Positions 38,031 to 52,205 of a DNA stretch of 64,000 nucleotides are shown here, piece after piece. The position numbers were made by a program, and so were the translations under genes. A model generated the notes under the pieces. It was given only the letters and a program-made list of their open reading frames with translations, was not told where the DNA came from and did not search any database. This DNA is from Vermamoeba vermiformis (lineage: Eukaryota): contig JBEWZL010000145.1 of assembly GCA_045837725.1 (NCBI GenBank), positions 434,001-498,000 of the forward strand, written 5' to 3'. How positions within the stretch are numbered: the first letter of the stretch is position 1; the number at the start of each line of letters is the position of its first letter.

Positions 38031-38416
38031 CAGATGAAGGATCAGTTCACTATTGCATGTCTCGTGCAAGTCCAACTCTTTCTACTCGGCAACAATCGAA
38101 CGCAAAATTGCGTTTATTCTGTAGGATGAGGCGTTCTCGAGCAGTCCAGCGCATCCGCAACAACAAATAAAAAAGAGATTGGTTGCATCTAGAAAAAATT
38201 TTGTTTATTGCTTCGATATGGTAAACGCAGCAAGCTAAGGTACAAATAATAGTTCTCGCCAGCGGCGAACAGAGCGAAGGAAGCAGACAGTACGGAATCG
38301 TTCAGATTTACAGATTCTACGCTATTAAAAAAAAAATCAAATAAATACTACACTATTGTCTCGTAGGACACTGCGCAAGCTACTTCGCGAACGAAGATAA
38401 ATTTCGAGTAAAGGGT

Positions 38417-38433
38417 GGTGTTGAAAAAACACC
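38417..38433 (-). other. Histone 3' stem-loop downstream of H3
   Basis: Minus strand reads AAACAAC GGTGTT TTTTC AACACC ACCC, ~50 nt after the stop codon. The same motif follows H4. Confidence 0.75.
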
Positions 38434-38482
38434 GTTGTTTTGGAGATCGAACTCCTAGTTAATCAGAAGCGAGGCTTCACGC

Positions 38483-38953
<471 letters not shown>

Positions 38954-39004
38954 TTATACGTGCTGTTCTTGCCTTAAATGGAAAAACAAGGTTAGGTTTT
39001 ATGT

Positions 39005-39054
39005 GATTGGTCTAATTTTTGTCATTTTTTCTGTTTGGATTTTTTGGACCAATC
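39005..39054. promoter_or_regulatory. Bidirectional H3/H4 promoter with two oppositely oriented CCAAT boxes
   Basis: GATTGGTC (39005-39012) and its reverse complement GACCAATC (39047-39054) lie centrally in the ~280 bp divergent spacer. Confidence 0.6.
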
Positions 39055-39158
39055 CCGTAACACCAACAAGATTTTGAAGATAAACGCACATGACCGAAAG
39101 AAATAAATAGTTTTTTATCGAACACTTTTTCCAATTTCAACTTCATCGAAACACATAA

Positions 39159-39482
<324 letters not shown>

Positions 39483-39519
39483 GTCGCCTAATTCGCGAAT
39501 GCGTTTTAGCAACAAACAT

Positions 39520-39535
39520 GGTGTTTTTTAACACC
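39520..39535 (+). other. Histone 3' stem-loop downstream of H4
   Basis: AACAAACAT GGTGTT TTTT AACACC ACCC: a 6-bp stem with a 4-nt U loop, ~37 nt after the stop codon. Confidence 0.8.
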
Positions 39536-39576
39536 ACCCTTTTTGCGAAATTTATCGTCCAAAACGGATTGTAGTG

Positions 39577-40987
39577 CAAACCACAAATGCGTGCATCGCA
39601 GGTCAAGTCGCAACGAATAGATTTTAGCGATCTAGCCGTTACGATTACCGCGCTTTTAGAAGATCTACATCAAGGTGGGTTGTAACCTTTTGTAGTAATT
39701 AAATTGCTAGTATTTACCGTACGCAGCGAAGTTGCACCCCGCTGAGTTTGCTGGCTTGTACATTGTCTTGTTCATCCAGAAAGTATTCCCACCGCCAAAA
39801 TCTTGGCTAGGATCTGCTCTAAAAATTCCTGTTGTTGATAGTATTTACGACTATGCACCATCTCACCCGCCTCTCGTATCAAGCCAGCGTAAGTAATTTT
39901 TTCAAGCGAAATTTTTAATAACAGCGTTTCAGAGGCCAATCTGCTTGGTCCTTTGATGCCTTTCAGCGATAAAGAACGTGCTAAAATTACGAAGAGCTTT
40001 GCTACTATTCAGAAAGAGCCAACAGTCATCAATTTGTATCGCTATTTCTCTGTCAACTCAATCCCGCATTACGTCAACGAGTTCATTGTTAATTGGGGTA
40101 ATATCACTTTACGATACCGATTCTATTACGTATTAAAATTACCACAGCTGCTGGTCGTCGCCCTGTTGAGCTATTCTTTGACATGCCAACCGCGCAACAG
40201 ATTCTCGATCAACAAATACTAGGCAAGCGCTGCCTGACCATATTCGTCAAAAAAGAGGAGCTTAATAAGACTATAAAAGATCCTTACCCTCCTTTTGAGG
40301 AAAAGACGGTCCTGAAGTTCATGGTGCACGACATCCAACACATGGAGAAGTTTGTAGAGCCTAAGCTGTATTCAGAGCAAGTTGCGACATTTAGCTTGCT
40401 CAAGCGTGTGCCTAGCCACCCGTTCTTCGCTAACTACGACAAACAGTGGCAAGAGGACTATGACCACGCGATCTCCGATATGAACACGTGCTGTACTCAC
40501 ACTCTAATGTTCTTTAAGGCCAAATGGATCCTGGCGGAGGTAATATCCAGCTTTTGTGACAATTTAACAGCATTTAATGCTCGGCATGTAGGTTCGTTAC
40601 AGACGAGCGACGCGACCAATACCGCACGATTTGGATCTCTCCCGACATGACCCCACCGATCAGAGCCTTCAACACGTGTCAGAAGGGCTTAAAAATATCA
40701 AATTGGACGACGGGGGCGATGGGGAGATGCATATAGAGAGTGAAGGAGGCGATGTATCGAAAAAGAAGCACAGCGATCCGATCAACTACATGTCGCCCTC
40801 TGAAGAAGAGGAATTCGGCAAGATGTGGGTTGAGCTCATGAAGAGTCTCGGGTTGCCTGATGACGTTGTTGACGCAACTACTAGGCTTTGCAGTGGTGAT
40901 GAAACGCCGTTCAAAGATCTACAAACGATCCGCTTCTACTTGCATGACCTGGGTATGGAGATGCTGGGTCTCAAGTTCCCCTTGTAA
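39577..40987 (+). CDS. Uncharacterised multi-exon protein with an HDxxH motif
   Basis: Open spliced exons start MRASQVKSQRIDFSDL. ORFs 39953, 40183 and 40631 are joined by GT-AG introns. Contains LKFMVHDIQHMEKF. Confidence 0.6.
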
Positions 40988-41076
40988 ATATTCTCGAAGG
41001 TATGTAAATAAGTAACGTGAAGTGTAAATGAAAATCAATGTGAACGATCTGGACCATTCTGTACATTTTTTGAACC

Positions 41077-42834
41077 ATGCGACCACACTCGTGTTTTTAT
41101 ATTTTAATTATATTTTGTATATTAGATGTTGAGCGCGTGTTGACTCAACCCACTGCAAAAGTCTATCAGAGTGCAAGAGATAATGGAGACAGATTGCGTC
41201 GCTTGCCCGATCTGCAGTTCACCAAGAAGAACTTTCTGGCCCCTGAAATTATTAGCATCAATATATCAAGCACATACCAGACAATTTTAGGCTTTGGTGC
41301 AGCTTTTACAGAGGCTAGCGCTTACGTAATTGGCCAGATGCCGGCAGCAAAACAAACGGAAATATTTAATGCTTACTTTGGCGATAATGGTCACAAATAC
41401 ACCGTAGGAAGAATCCCTATTGGTAGTTGCGATTTTAGCCTTGCTAGTTACAATTTTGATAACGTTACAAACGACTACGAGCTGGAGAACTTTTCGATCG
41501 ACCATGATCGCAAGTACATCATCCCTTATGTTCAACGAGCGCTCAAGGTATCGTCTAGACCTATTAAATTATACGCAAGCCCGTGGTCGCCTCCTGGTTG
41601 GATGAAGAACAACGGTCAGATGGACGGCAGCAGTACTCCTTGCTTGAAGAAAGACCCAGCCATTCATAAAAGCTGGGCGCTGTATCTTTCCAAGTTCTTG
41701 AACGCTTATAAGCAAGAGGGTAAGCCTGGGGTAATTTTTGAATTTTAGTAGACATTTTCCGTTTAATATTATCGATATTTTTAGGTATCGACTTCTGGGG
41801 CATTACTCCGCAGAACGAGCCCAACAGCGATGGTGTTTGGGAGACGTGCGTCTACACACCCGAGGAAGAGCGAGATTTTGTTAAGAATTACTTAGGTAAG
41901 AAGACGATAATCACTGACCCAGTAGCGTTGTATCAAGGTTTTATATTGTTGATACTCATACGGCTGCACAGGTCCTATGCTCGAAGATACTTACCCTGGT
42001 ATTAATATTATCATGCTTGACGACGATAAGGAGCACTTGCTACGTTGGACAAAGGTTGTTTTGAGCGATCCGGATGCCTCAAAGTAAGCGACACGCTCGT
42101 GTTAATGTCTTAGTATCGTTTCTTATGCCGTCGCACTTTCAGGTATATCCAGGGCATTGGCTTCCATTGGTATTGGATGCTCGAAGATTTTCAGCGTCTG
42201 GATCAAGTGCACGAGATGTTCCCAGACAAGTTCTTGTTGCCAACAGAGGCGTGCAATTGTCCCGGTGTTGCAATGAACAATTGGTTCCGTGGAGAAGAGT
42301 ATGCTATTGATATCTTGGGCGATTTGAATCACTGGTCTGTGGGCTGGGTCGATTGGAATATGGTGCTTGACCCGTTTGGCGGACCGAATCACGGTCAAAA
42401 TTTCTGCGATGCGCCTGTGATTGCTGACCCGAGTACCGGCGTTGTATTCTACCAGCCGACTTACTATGTATTGGGCCATTTCTCTCGTTTCATTCCTCCT
42501 GGTAAGTCTCGATCTGACACCCTTTAACTATGCCTACCCGTTACAGTTGATCAATCTCAATTCTATTTTGCACCGATCATTAAATTACGGTAGAAGTGCA
42601 TATTCTAATAATACGCATTGTTTAGGTTCTGTACGAGTTGGTCACAAAAATGTTGCCGGATACGCTTCGAAGATCTCAGTCACAACGTTCCTTACTCCGG
42701 ATAACAATGTCGTATTGGTCGCATTGAACACCAGTGATGAAGAAGTGACGTTTAAGATTGAAGACTTGCGAGGTTATTACGCTAAGGCCATCAGTTTGGC
42801 TCACAGCATCCAGACTTACGTGTACCCTGCGTAA
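41077..42834 (+). CDS. GBA: Glucosylceramidase / glycoside hydrolase family 30, secreted or lysosomal
   Basis: Signal peptide, YQTILGFGAAFTEA, GRIPIGSCDFS and ASPWSPPGWMKNN. Acid/base TPQNEP, nucleophile LPTEAC, then GWVDWNMVLD..GGPN and YVLGHFSRFIPPG. Confidence 0.93.
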
Positions 42835-43126
42835 TAGAATTCATGCATTATTACCCTTAATGTACTCGGATATATTGCAAACATATTGGATCCGCTTTTA
42901 TTGTCGACGGTACATTGCAACAACTAAATAGTGATTCGGGCGGCTTGGGAGCAGAAAAAACTAAGAATATTAAGCTCCCAATTTCGTAGAATTTAGCTGA
43001 ATAAGGGCCGTTGGTGTCCCCTGTTCGGTTGCGTTGATTCGCCAGCCAAAAAACAGTTGCAATAATTATTTAATATTCCTCCGCTAAGGATACAACGCTA
43101 ACTTCTTCTAGCATTGATAAATATTA

Positions 43127-45617
43127 ATGGAGAGTAACAAATCAACTAAATTCATCGGGGTGATAGCTGGCAAAGCATTACACGTCGAGAGGTTTATAAC
43201 TGAATACGAGCAGTACCGTTTTTTAACAGGTAAATAGCTAATTTATTTATATGTGCTTTAGGCAACGCTTATTGTTATACAAATAGAATCATTTATGCAA
43301 AAAATAATTGCAGCACTCAAAAATTAAATTTAATTTTGATAATCAGAGGCATTGGCTTTGTGGAAAGAAAAAGTTGATATCGCCGATGGAGTTAGCAAAT
43401 ACGTAGACGGATTATTTTTAGACATCGAGCGTAAAGCAAACGAGATCCCATCCATCAAGCCTTTGCTTGCCAACCTGGCCTCCGTTCAAAATCTGCCCGA
43501 ATTTAAAACATTTCAACCCCATTATCTTATTGGCCATAGATATTCTTTGGATGGCTCTTTGAAGGCGCACGTGGATGGCGTTCAGTAAGGAAAATAATAT
43601 GAATCGTTATGAACGGAGTATTAATACGTGTTCATAATAGAGGGTGGGCTGTTATCATCAACATTGGTTGCTCGGCAGTGTTGGAAATTTCACTAAGAAA
43701 TGCCTCAGCGAAACGTATTATTAATTGTCACAATATTTAAACCAATATAACTAACATCATTTGTATAGATGCCGTTACGTTAAAGAGTGGCGATGCATTT
43801 GTATTTGCAAGTGATCAAGCGAGTGGTGTACAACACAGCGTAAAGCAGATCCTATCGGGTACTTGCCCGAAAAAGCTCGAAGATCTAGCTGCTGACCGTC
43901 GATACGCATTTATACTTAGAGATAATTTAGCCACTGAAGTAGTACGTATTATTTCATATATTATAGAACCGTACACCAACCTTCGCTTCACTAGGCTTCG
44001 TTAATACAAATCACAGAGAAATTTGAAAACGTAAAAATTGCTGAAAAGAGCAAAGTTCGTAAGGTATGATTGGATTATAGGGAAATGCCTATATGTAGCT
44101 AACCGTGCAATTAGATTTGGGACGCCTCTGACTCGTTCAAGAACCAAGTGTTGCACGAAACATTTCCCACATTGCCTTTGGAGATCTCCGAATACCTCAC
44201 AGAACACTTCGACGCCCGTGGATTGGGCAATTTTGGGCAGTTAAACGCGGGCACGAGTCAATTTGTGCATTTGTAAGTCATATACAATTATATCAAGTCA
44301 GCTTTTGACCCTTAATATTCGCAGATCTGATGAGCTCTGGAAGAAAATTTACAAAAAAATGAATCCGAAAGACTCTAATGACTACAAGCTAAGAACGACG
44401 TGGGAGCACCTCATCCGTCGAGCATATCGCCCTGTCCCTCCCGCTGACTCATTTAGCCTTGTCCTTAACTTTGGCTCGTTCGATGTTCAAGCTGGTCTTA
44501 CAGGCGATGATGCTCCGTCCATGATCGCGCCCAGCGTAGTGAAAAAGTTTAACGGACACTGTTACGCTGGAGATGAAACGGTACATATCAACGGAGGACA
44601 GGCGATACGGCCTATCATTGCACGAGAGGTCATCGATAAGAACGCATTTGAGATGCTCTGGGAGTACAGTGTTTCACATACACCTCACCGCGGACGAGAA
44701 GACATGGCCACGTTAGTCTTGTTAAGTGATCCGAAAGCGGCTATTCGTGAAAGGACAGCACAAATTGCATTCGAGACGTGGGACGCACCGCTGTATTACT
44801 TGGCTAATCCTCATGTCACGTGCATCTATGCAGCAGGAATCACATCTGCTTTGATCATTGATGTTGGGCACGACATTACCTCAATCAATGTCATATACGA
44901 AGGTACGTCATAAGCTTAATATGAGTATAAATAATATACAAGTCTCGTGTACTAACGATGCGTATGTAGGCTATTTATTGCCTCATATTGTCAAGGTTCT
45001 CAAAGTTGGCGGAAGGAACGTAGAAGCCGTGCTGCGAGAAAGGTTGCAACAAGATTGTCCTGAGCTACTTGAGCACGTAGATCTCGAGGCATTCAAGCGA
45101 AGGTACTGTTACGTCAGACAGGCCAACGATACTGGAGCCGAGAAGCGGCCAGTTACAGTGAACGGAAAGACCTATTCACTGAACAGCACTGTGTTAACTG
45201 ACCCGTGTGAAGTGCTGTTTCATCCTGAGGACTTTAAGCAAGCAGGCAGCAGTCTAGTCGAGCAGATTCAGAGCGTCTTTAACAGCATGGCCGCAGAAGA
45301 CAAAGAACTAATTAAAGTAGCCAGCACGATTGTCCTGTCTGGCGGCCCAACTTTGCACGAAGGATTCGTTACACGTCTAGAACGCGAGTTGAAAGAGATG
45401 TCCCCTCAACAGGAGTTCAAACTCATTGCCCTGCGATCTCGTCAAGTCGATGCTTGGGTCGGGGGGTCTATTCTTGGTAGCCTCAGTACATTCCCGAGCA
45501 TGTGGATTACAAGGGCAGAGTACGACGAGTCTGGTAAGTACTTTAAATCCGTGGTATTTAGCACGAGTTTTGACACTTTTGACAGGTCCAGGGATACTTC
45601 ACAGAAGGTGCTTCTAA
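43127..45617 (+). CDS. AlkB-type 2OG-Fe(II) dioxygenase - F-box - actin-like fusion protein, paralog A
   Basis: In-frame splicing gives YSLDGSLKAHVD, IINIGCSA, LKSGDAFVF..HSV..GTCP..RYAFILR (AlkB), then FPTLPLEISEYLTEHFDARGLGNFGQ..SDELWKKIY (F-box), then [34 protein letters not shown] (actin fold). Confidence 0.8.
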
Positions 45618-45695
45618 ACCAATCATTTGCTTTGGAGATAAACGGCGATTATATTTTACATCATTTACAGTACATTGAGTGTTCAGAAAAGCAGC

Positions 45696-47873
45696 TTAGA
45701 CTGTTGGCAGAGGCTCTTCAGCGGCAGTCGGTGTTTGTCGTGTGGTGCTAGCTTTGGCAGCTAAAACATCGTTGTTAGACGTGGTGTTGGACGCAGAAAT
45801 CGATAAAGAAAGTTACGTACAAGAACTGGTCTTCCATGACTTCGAAGGTCGTTTTCTCTGAATAGTCAATAGCTGAGCTGTCGAGACAATGGCCAGCGTT
45901 GAAAACACAACGACATTAGCGCCAAATTGCCTTTGCAGTGGGTTCCATCTAAACAGAGACAAGATCAGTTATCTTACATCAGGCCATTAATTCTCCGTTT
46001 AACTGCGTACTTATAGTTGGTCAAAATTGCAGGGTACAAAGCCAAGATCAAAAGCATGCCAAGAGCCACGAAAATAATTTTGACAGTCATCTATGGTAAA
46101 CATTGTTAGGTGGGCACAAAAGAATTGTCACGTGACAGGTGAGGACTTACGAGCTTGACAGCGGAGTTGCGTGAAGAGTTTTGACCGAGACTGCTTGACA
46201 TTTTTCTCGCGAAGGCCAAGACCTTTGCACCGACAGCAACGAGAAACACGGCAGAAATTCCAAACAAGATCCACACGACGATGATTACATAGAGGTAGTT
46301 AGGGTTACCGACGTATCCGAGACCCAAAAACACGGCAAAGAGGCCAATAACTAATGCCAAAAACACGTAGAACGGCGCTGACATTTTGCCGAGCCATTTT
46401 GCCGAGGGCTTGGAAGAGATGTAATCGGAGACAGTCTCGAGCCAGTACAACGTGATCAACATGGCTCCACAGACTTTATAACTATCGTTAGTCTCGCGTG
46501 TTGAATAGTGATATGTCTAACGTACATGTGAGAGGGATATGAAGAGTCTCTAAAATGAAGGAAGCAGGCAATGAATAAAGTCCGCGACTTCGGAACGGAT
46601 CCACGAAATAAATTAATCTCACTGTAGGACCGTTAGGACAGTGATATAACAAGTTAAAGTATAGTACTTACTGATGTTATTAAGCATTTCGACTCCGATG
46701 AATGCCTGAAGAATCGTAAATTGACAGCCGTTGGCGCGAGTGGCTTCAACCAGTTTCCAAATGCTAATGCCTAACAATGCAGCAAACACGGCAATAAATA
46801 TCACTTGATAGGCTATACAACCAGCCGAGTCGTAGAATTCACTCCAAACGTTAGGATCTAAAATATTTATGTTTTAAGACAAGGTCGAGATTATTATCAG
46901 TTTTTACCTGGCGTTAATTGAATATGTACGGTTGAATTTCTGGCTAAGTCGATTAAGAACGTGTCTAAGGATGAAATCTAAATAAAACGTTAGTTAGAAG
47001 AAAGGAAACGAGCGAAGATCTTACGTAAACGCCAGGGACGGTGAAAGGACCAGATTCGTCTTCGGAAGGCAAACGAACGTCTCTACCTGGTAAGGTTTCA
47101 AAGGCGTAAAGTATCACGGCCAAGGCATTGACTACAAGAAGTTGATTATGTTGAGACAAAAATTATTACCATAAATGGAAAAGTATGAATATGGTGCTTT
47201 TTTTTAAATTTAAATTTAAAGCGTACCTTGTTTGGCGTGAATTAATCGACGTCCGAATGAGCAGCCATTCGAAGCCGTGGCAAGGATAATTAATCCAGTT
47301 GCGTCAAAGTCGAATCCGTTACACCCTGAACCTTCCTAAAGAAGACATTAGATATTGTAAGATCAGTCGACATTCTTAATTGATCGAATCTAATTGTGCT
47401 AGTGTGTCGAGAAAATTTAAATTTGAATTGCTTAATTAGGAAAGTTGGGTTCTGTATGTGTACGCGAATATGCACTTACCACGAGGACCAGTTGACCAGT
47501 AATATTGAAGTTTGTGGTTGAATATTCGACTGGAAGTGCGACGACAGTGGGAAAAGACGAATTGTCACTGTACATAACAGATGTCAGCTGGATGTGAACG
47601 TAATCAAAGAAAAAAATAGTTCATATGCAATAGTAAGTAATAATTGTCTTATTTGAAGCAGGAATTATGGTAATTTCCAAATTTATTTCATGCCGTGCAA
47701 TTAATATAAGTTTTCAGCTGAAGTAATCTTCATAATCATTTTCAAGTTGAATAAACTTACGGCGTTAGTGGTGATAGAATAATAATATCTCCAGATACTC
47801 TATCAAGTATTCCAATAGAGAATACGACTATAAACAAAGTTGTTGCTATCCGCTTGTGAACCATTGGGTACAT
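45696..47873 (-). CDS. Signal peptide + PA-like extracellular domain + multipass (about 7 TM) membrane protein, paralog A
   Basis: MYPMVHKRIATTLFIVVFSIGIL..., NALAVILY...PFTVPGVY, then TM exons (ORFs 46619 and 46106). Exon-by-exon similarity to 48526..51023. Confidence 0.65.
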
Positions 47874-48525
47874 CCACTGTAGTACTAACGATAGCAACTA
47901 AGAGTTAGATTTGTGTTTGACTAACCTAATAAAAATAAAAATTAATTAATTAACCTGAAGGGAAGAAAGAACTAATGACACACATGTCAATCACGATGAA
48001 ATCTCGAGATGTCAGCCACGGAATACATAATTAACATCTTACAGAGACCAGCGAATAACGCCTCGTTGCGACCAATATGCCTAACGTTATTATCTTAGGA
48101 TTCGACGAAGAGTGAGCTAACGTCGTACTGTTAACCAGTTCTTCTTATAACCCATTACTCGTTGGCAGCATTATCCTTGACACTTGCCAAAGGGCCTATC
48201 ATTGAACCGTGTGTATTGCAGTACAAATTCGAAATTTCTTTGCCATTGCTCGTTCGGCAAATGGTGGAAGTGCTTGTTGCAACGTTGATGTTGTGGGCAT
48301 GCCAGATCTACGTCCTCACTAATTTGCGGCAAAAGAACGTATTTGTCGAATCCAATTCGGCCTTCTTCCACGGTCGAAAATTGAAAAAGCGAGATCCAAA
48401 CAAAAGGTTGCAACTGCGAGGTTTAAGTATTCGAAACGTAGGTCTGCCAAACGAGTAGATTGCGTTGAAAATTGGAAATTTACATATATAATACAGTACC
48501 GTAGTTAAATTAATGCAATGTCTAT

Positions 48526-51023
48526 TTAGACAGCGATGTTCGTGCTTGCTGATTCAACGACTGGATTCATATCCGTTCTCGAAACCGTACGCGAGGTAGA
48601 GCCCAGGTTAGCTAATCGACCTTAATTGTTAATAAGGCTTTGTATAACAATATAAGGTACTTACTTGAGCTACTAGTCTTCCAAGACTTCGAAGGCTTTC
48701 GTTTTTGGATCGTCAAAAGTTGCGCGATCGAGACAATCGCAAGACTGGCAAAGATAATAACGTTCAAGCCAAATTGGGTCTCAATAATTCCCAGACTATA
48801 TTAATTAGCCATTAGTCTTGTTATTAATAACCATTCTAAAAAATCTGTAACGTACGACTTGATCTTGGTGAACGAAGGATAAATGCTCAATAATAAAATC
48901 ATGCCTAATGCTACGAATACCAACTTGATAGTCATCTGTATAATATGAGATTATTAATATGAGTTTACACGCTATATTAATCGGTTTTTACGTACGACTC
49001 TGACAGCCATATTTCGTCCAGCAGTTCTGCCTACATTTTTAGACAATTGGACTGAGACTGATAACACTTTCGCACCTTGATATTACCATATTAGGAAACT
49101 GCAAATGAACGGTTGAATTATCGAGGATATCTTACCGACTGCGATCAAAATGATAGCTGCGATCCCGAACATGACAAAAATAGCAATCACGAAGCTATTC
49201 GAGTTGTCATTTCCTAAATAGGCAAGTGTCAAGAACGCGACGTAGAGCGCAATGACGATGCTCAGAAACACGTAGAACGGCGCGGACATTTTTCCGAGCC
49301 ACTTGGCAGTTGCTTTTGAAGAAATGTAATCGGAGACTGATTCGAGCCAGTACAACGAAATTAACATCGAGGCGATGACTATAAAAGGAAATATTAGCGA
49401 AATTAGTACATAAGAATCTATGGATCTAATTTCTGAAATGCAAAAGGGACGAGTTAGCCGTCCCATCCGGAGTTGGTTTACGTACAGGTCAGCGGCATAT
49501 GAAGGGTCTCTAATAAGAACGAAGCAATCACGTTATATAAGCCTCGACTTCTGAATGGATCGAAAAAGTAAACAGTTCGCACTGTAAAAGAAAATTATTA
49601 GGTACGGCGGATCGATCGGAATTTTTATGCCGACTTACTAGTATTATTAACGATTTCGACCCAAATAAAGACTTGGAGAATAGAGAATTGGAACTTCATA
49701 TGCTGCACGACTTGAACTAACTTCCAGATTGCAATTCCAAGTGTGCCGGCGAAGATGGCCAAGAATATGGCTTGATAGGCAATAAAGCCCGGTGAATCAT
49801 AGAATACGATCCATTCATTGGTGCCTATATTGATAACCAAAAATGATTAATTAAAAATTTAACTCGCACGATAAATATTTTGTGAACCGATTCGCGAAGC
49901 ATTGCGCGTATAATCGCAATGCAATTGAACCGAAAATTAGGTTATTTTATCGTAGTCTTCACGTAGAATTTGGCGGTTGAATTGATGCACGCATTTAATC
50001 AATAGAATTGATGATTGAATTGGATCGGACTATCGGAGCTTACCTGGCGTAATATTAACGACGACCGAAGAGGAGTTAAGCAATAGAGCTGTTAAGAAAA
50101 TGCCAGATTTTCCAGTCTTGAAATAAAGAGATTAGATTCAAAATTTCAGTACGAGGTAAAACTTGATGCGGATCTTACGTAAATACCCGGGATATCGAAC
50201 GGTCCAGTATTGTCCTCTTGAGGCACTCTAGCGTCTTGGCCTGGTATAGCGTTCGTAGAAAGAAATATTACGGCGAGAGCGTTGCCTAATGTAAGAAAAG
50301 AATAAAATGTTAGCGACCACGATAAATTCCTGCATTTTGCTAAATTAGGAAAAGGAATTTTAGGCCTAAATTTGATTCAAAACTCGTATTGTAAATTATA
50401 TGGACCCGCTACCTGCCTTCCATTGCATGTTGTACTCGCAGGCCATAAGAACAGCCTCGTTTTTCTGCTACGGCGACAATTTTTCCTTCAACGTCGTAAC
50501 CGTCATATCCATCGCAGCCAGAGCCGTTCTATAACATTATATTAATTCTAGAGATATCTTTTAAACTCAACGATTTTGTAATTTGTAACAACTTCTTAAA
50601 AAGGAAAAATGGGCGGATGTTAGCCGTCAAAGTCTTAGTTACTTACAACGAGCACTAATTCTCCTGTGATATTATAACTTGCGACAGCCCACATTCCTGG
50701 CACTGCATTCACGATCGGATACGACGAGTTATCCCTACAACAAACGGATGTCATGCATCATATAAACTAAAAATAAACAAATCGCGACGATTTGACAATT
50801 AAATAATATACTAGTAAGCCGTTATAAAATAACATAATCAGTCAAATAGAATTATCATTGCCGTAATGATTTATCGTTAATTTTGCGTGTTTGTAACTTT
50901 AACCGTGTCTCTCTATGTAATAACTTACGGTGTGGTTGGCGACAAAATCACCAAGTCGGAGCGGACGCCGCTAGCCATAAGCATTATATAAATGCTAATA
51001 AGAAGTAGGTAGAGTCGTTGCAT
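48526..51023 (-). CDS. Signal peptide + PA-like extracellular domain + multipass (about 7 TM) membrane protein, paralog B
   Basis: MQRLYLLLISIYIMLMASGVRS..., NITGELVLV, GCDGYDGYDVEGKIVAV and GNALAVIF (PA-like). DPFRSRG and LISLYWLESVSDYISSK TM exons follow. Confidence 0.65.
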
Positions 51024-52205
51024 TTGGTGTCCGTGAAGTTATACAAAATTTCGGATGGCTACACAGATCTGGACTACACAATCACAAAGGTAGAATTCTA
51101 TTCCAAATAAATGAAATTCGTGCGCGCAATCAACCAAGGTCTCGCTTGTTACGCTCTTATTGAATCAAACAGTTAATACTGATTGACTGACAGCGAAATT
51201 TTGTTTGACAGGTACAGCACGTGGGATCTGATGAGACTGCACGTGTTATACCTCCCTGCGAGTCTATTATACATGTAATCGCATTATTTAAAGCTAAATA
51301 TAGTCCCAAGTTCGCTATCACGCGTGACTTTGGATTGGATCAAGCGAGTAAACTTCTGTGGATCCGTTACGCAGGTATTTTATAGGTATAGAATGTCGTA
51401 GTGAATATATTACGATTAAGAATAGTTAATAACGTATCGATACGGACAGAATTGCACGAGAACGATAGAAAATGCAATTTGCAAATCTAAATCCACAAAA
51501 TTGATTGAATGTTATTAAATGCCGTGAATTATCTACAAAAAAATTCTGTTTAAAAGTATGCCCTACGATTCGTATTTTTCGGGCTGCCGGTAAAAATCAA
51601 ATAATATTTTTGAATTAATTTTTTTTGGCTGCAGTTTGCTTTCAAGCAATCTTTAGCGTAGATCGACGGCCGATCTACGATGTGCCAGTTTGCATAAGTC
51701 TTGTGAGAATTGGTGAACTAATGCCTATATTTCCGCTTACCAAGCATTGCGTGTATATACACCTTCCGCTTGTGCTTTCCGCTAGGGGATCTGTTCGAGT
51801 TAGATCTACTACTCATGTTCTCCTTGTGGTTATGTTGCTCTAAGGTAGCTTAAGAACGTTATTGGCAAAATCTTGCCGAAAATTGATCCGTCCGTGCGCT
51901 TGGCTGAAACTCAGGCATAAACTTAATAATAGATAGTATATATGTACATAAGTATTAGCTTATACGACCTCTTCGGGGTTATGGTACCTAATTAACGGTG
52001 ACAGTTCATCATGTCGCATCCATTACCAAGTGTCATTAGGCGAGCGTGCTAATTCGATTTGCGGACGTATGGTTATCCACCAGATTATGTATTAGTCGTA
52101 ACAAAGTTCTGTCTACTGTTCCTAACGGAACTACTTTAAAGTGCTGAACAATTTTAGAGACAGATCGCGAAACCTTTGGCATAAGACTGCTAATTACTAG
52201 TTTAT

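Noticed and set aside
48162-48458. Overlapping ORFs between the two PA-TM genes (likewise 12600..12833 and 51625..51843)
   Set aside because: No recognisable motifs, splice context or paralog support.
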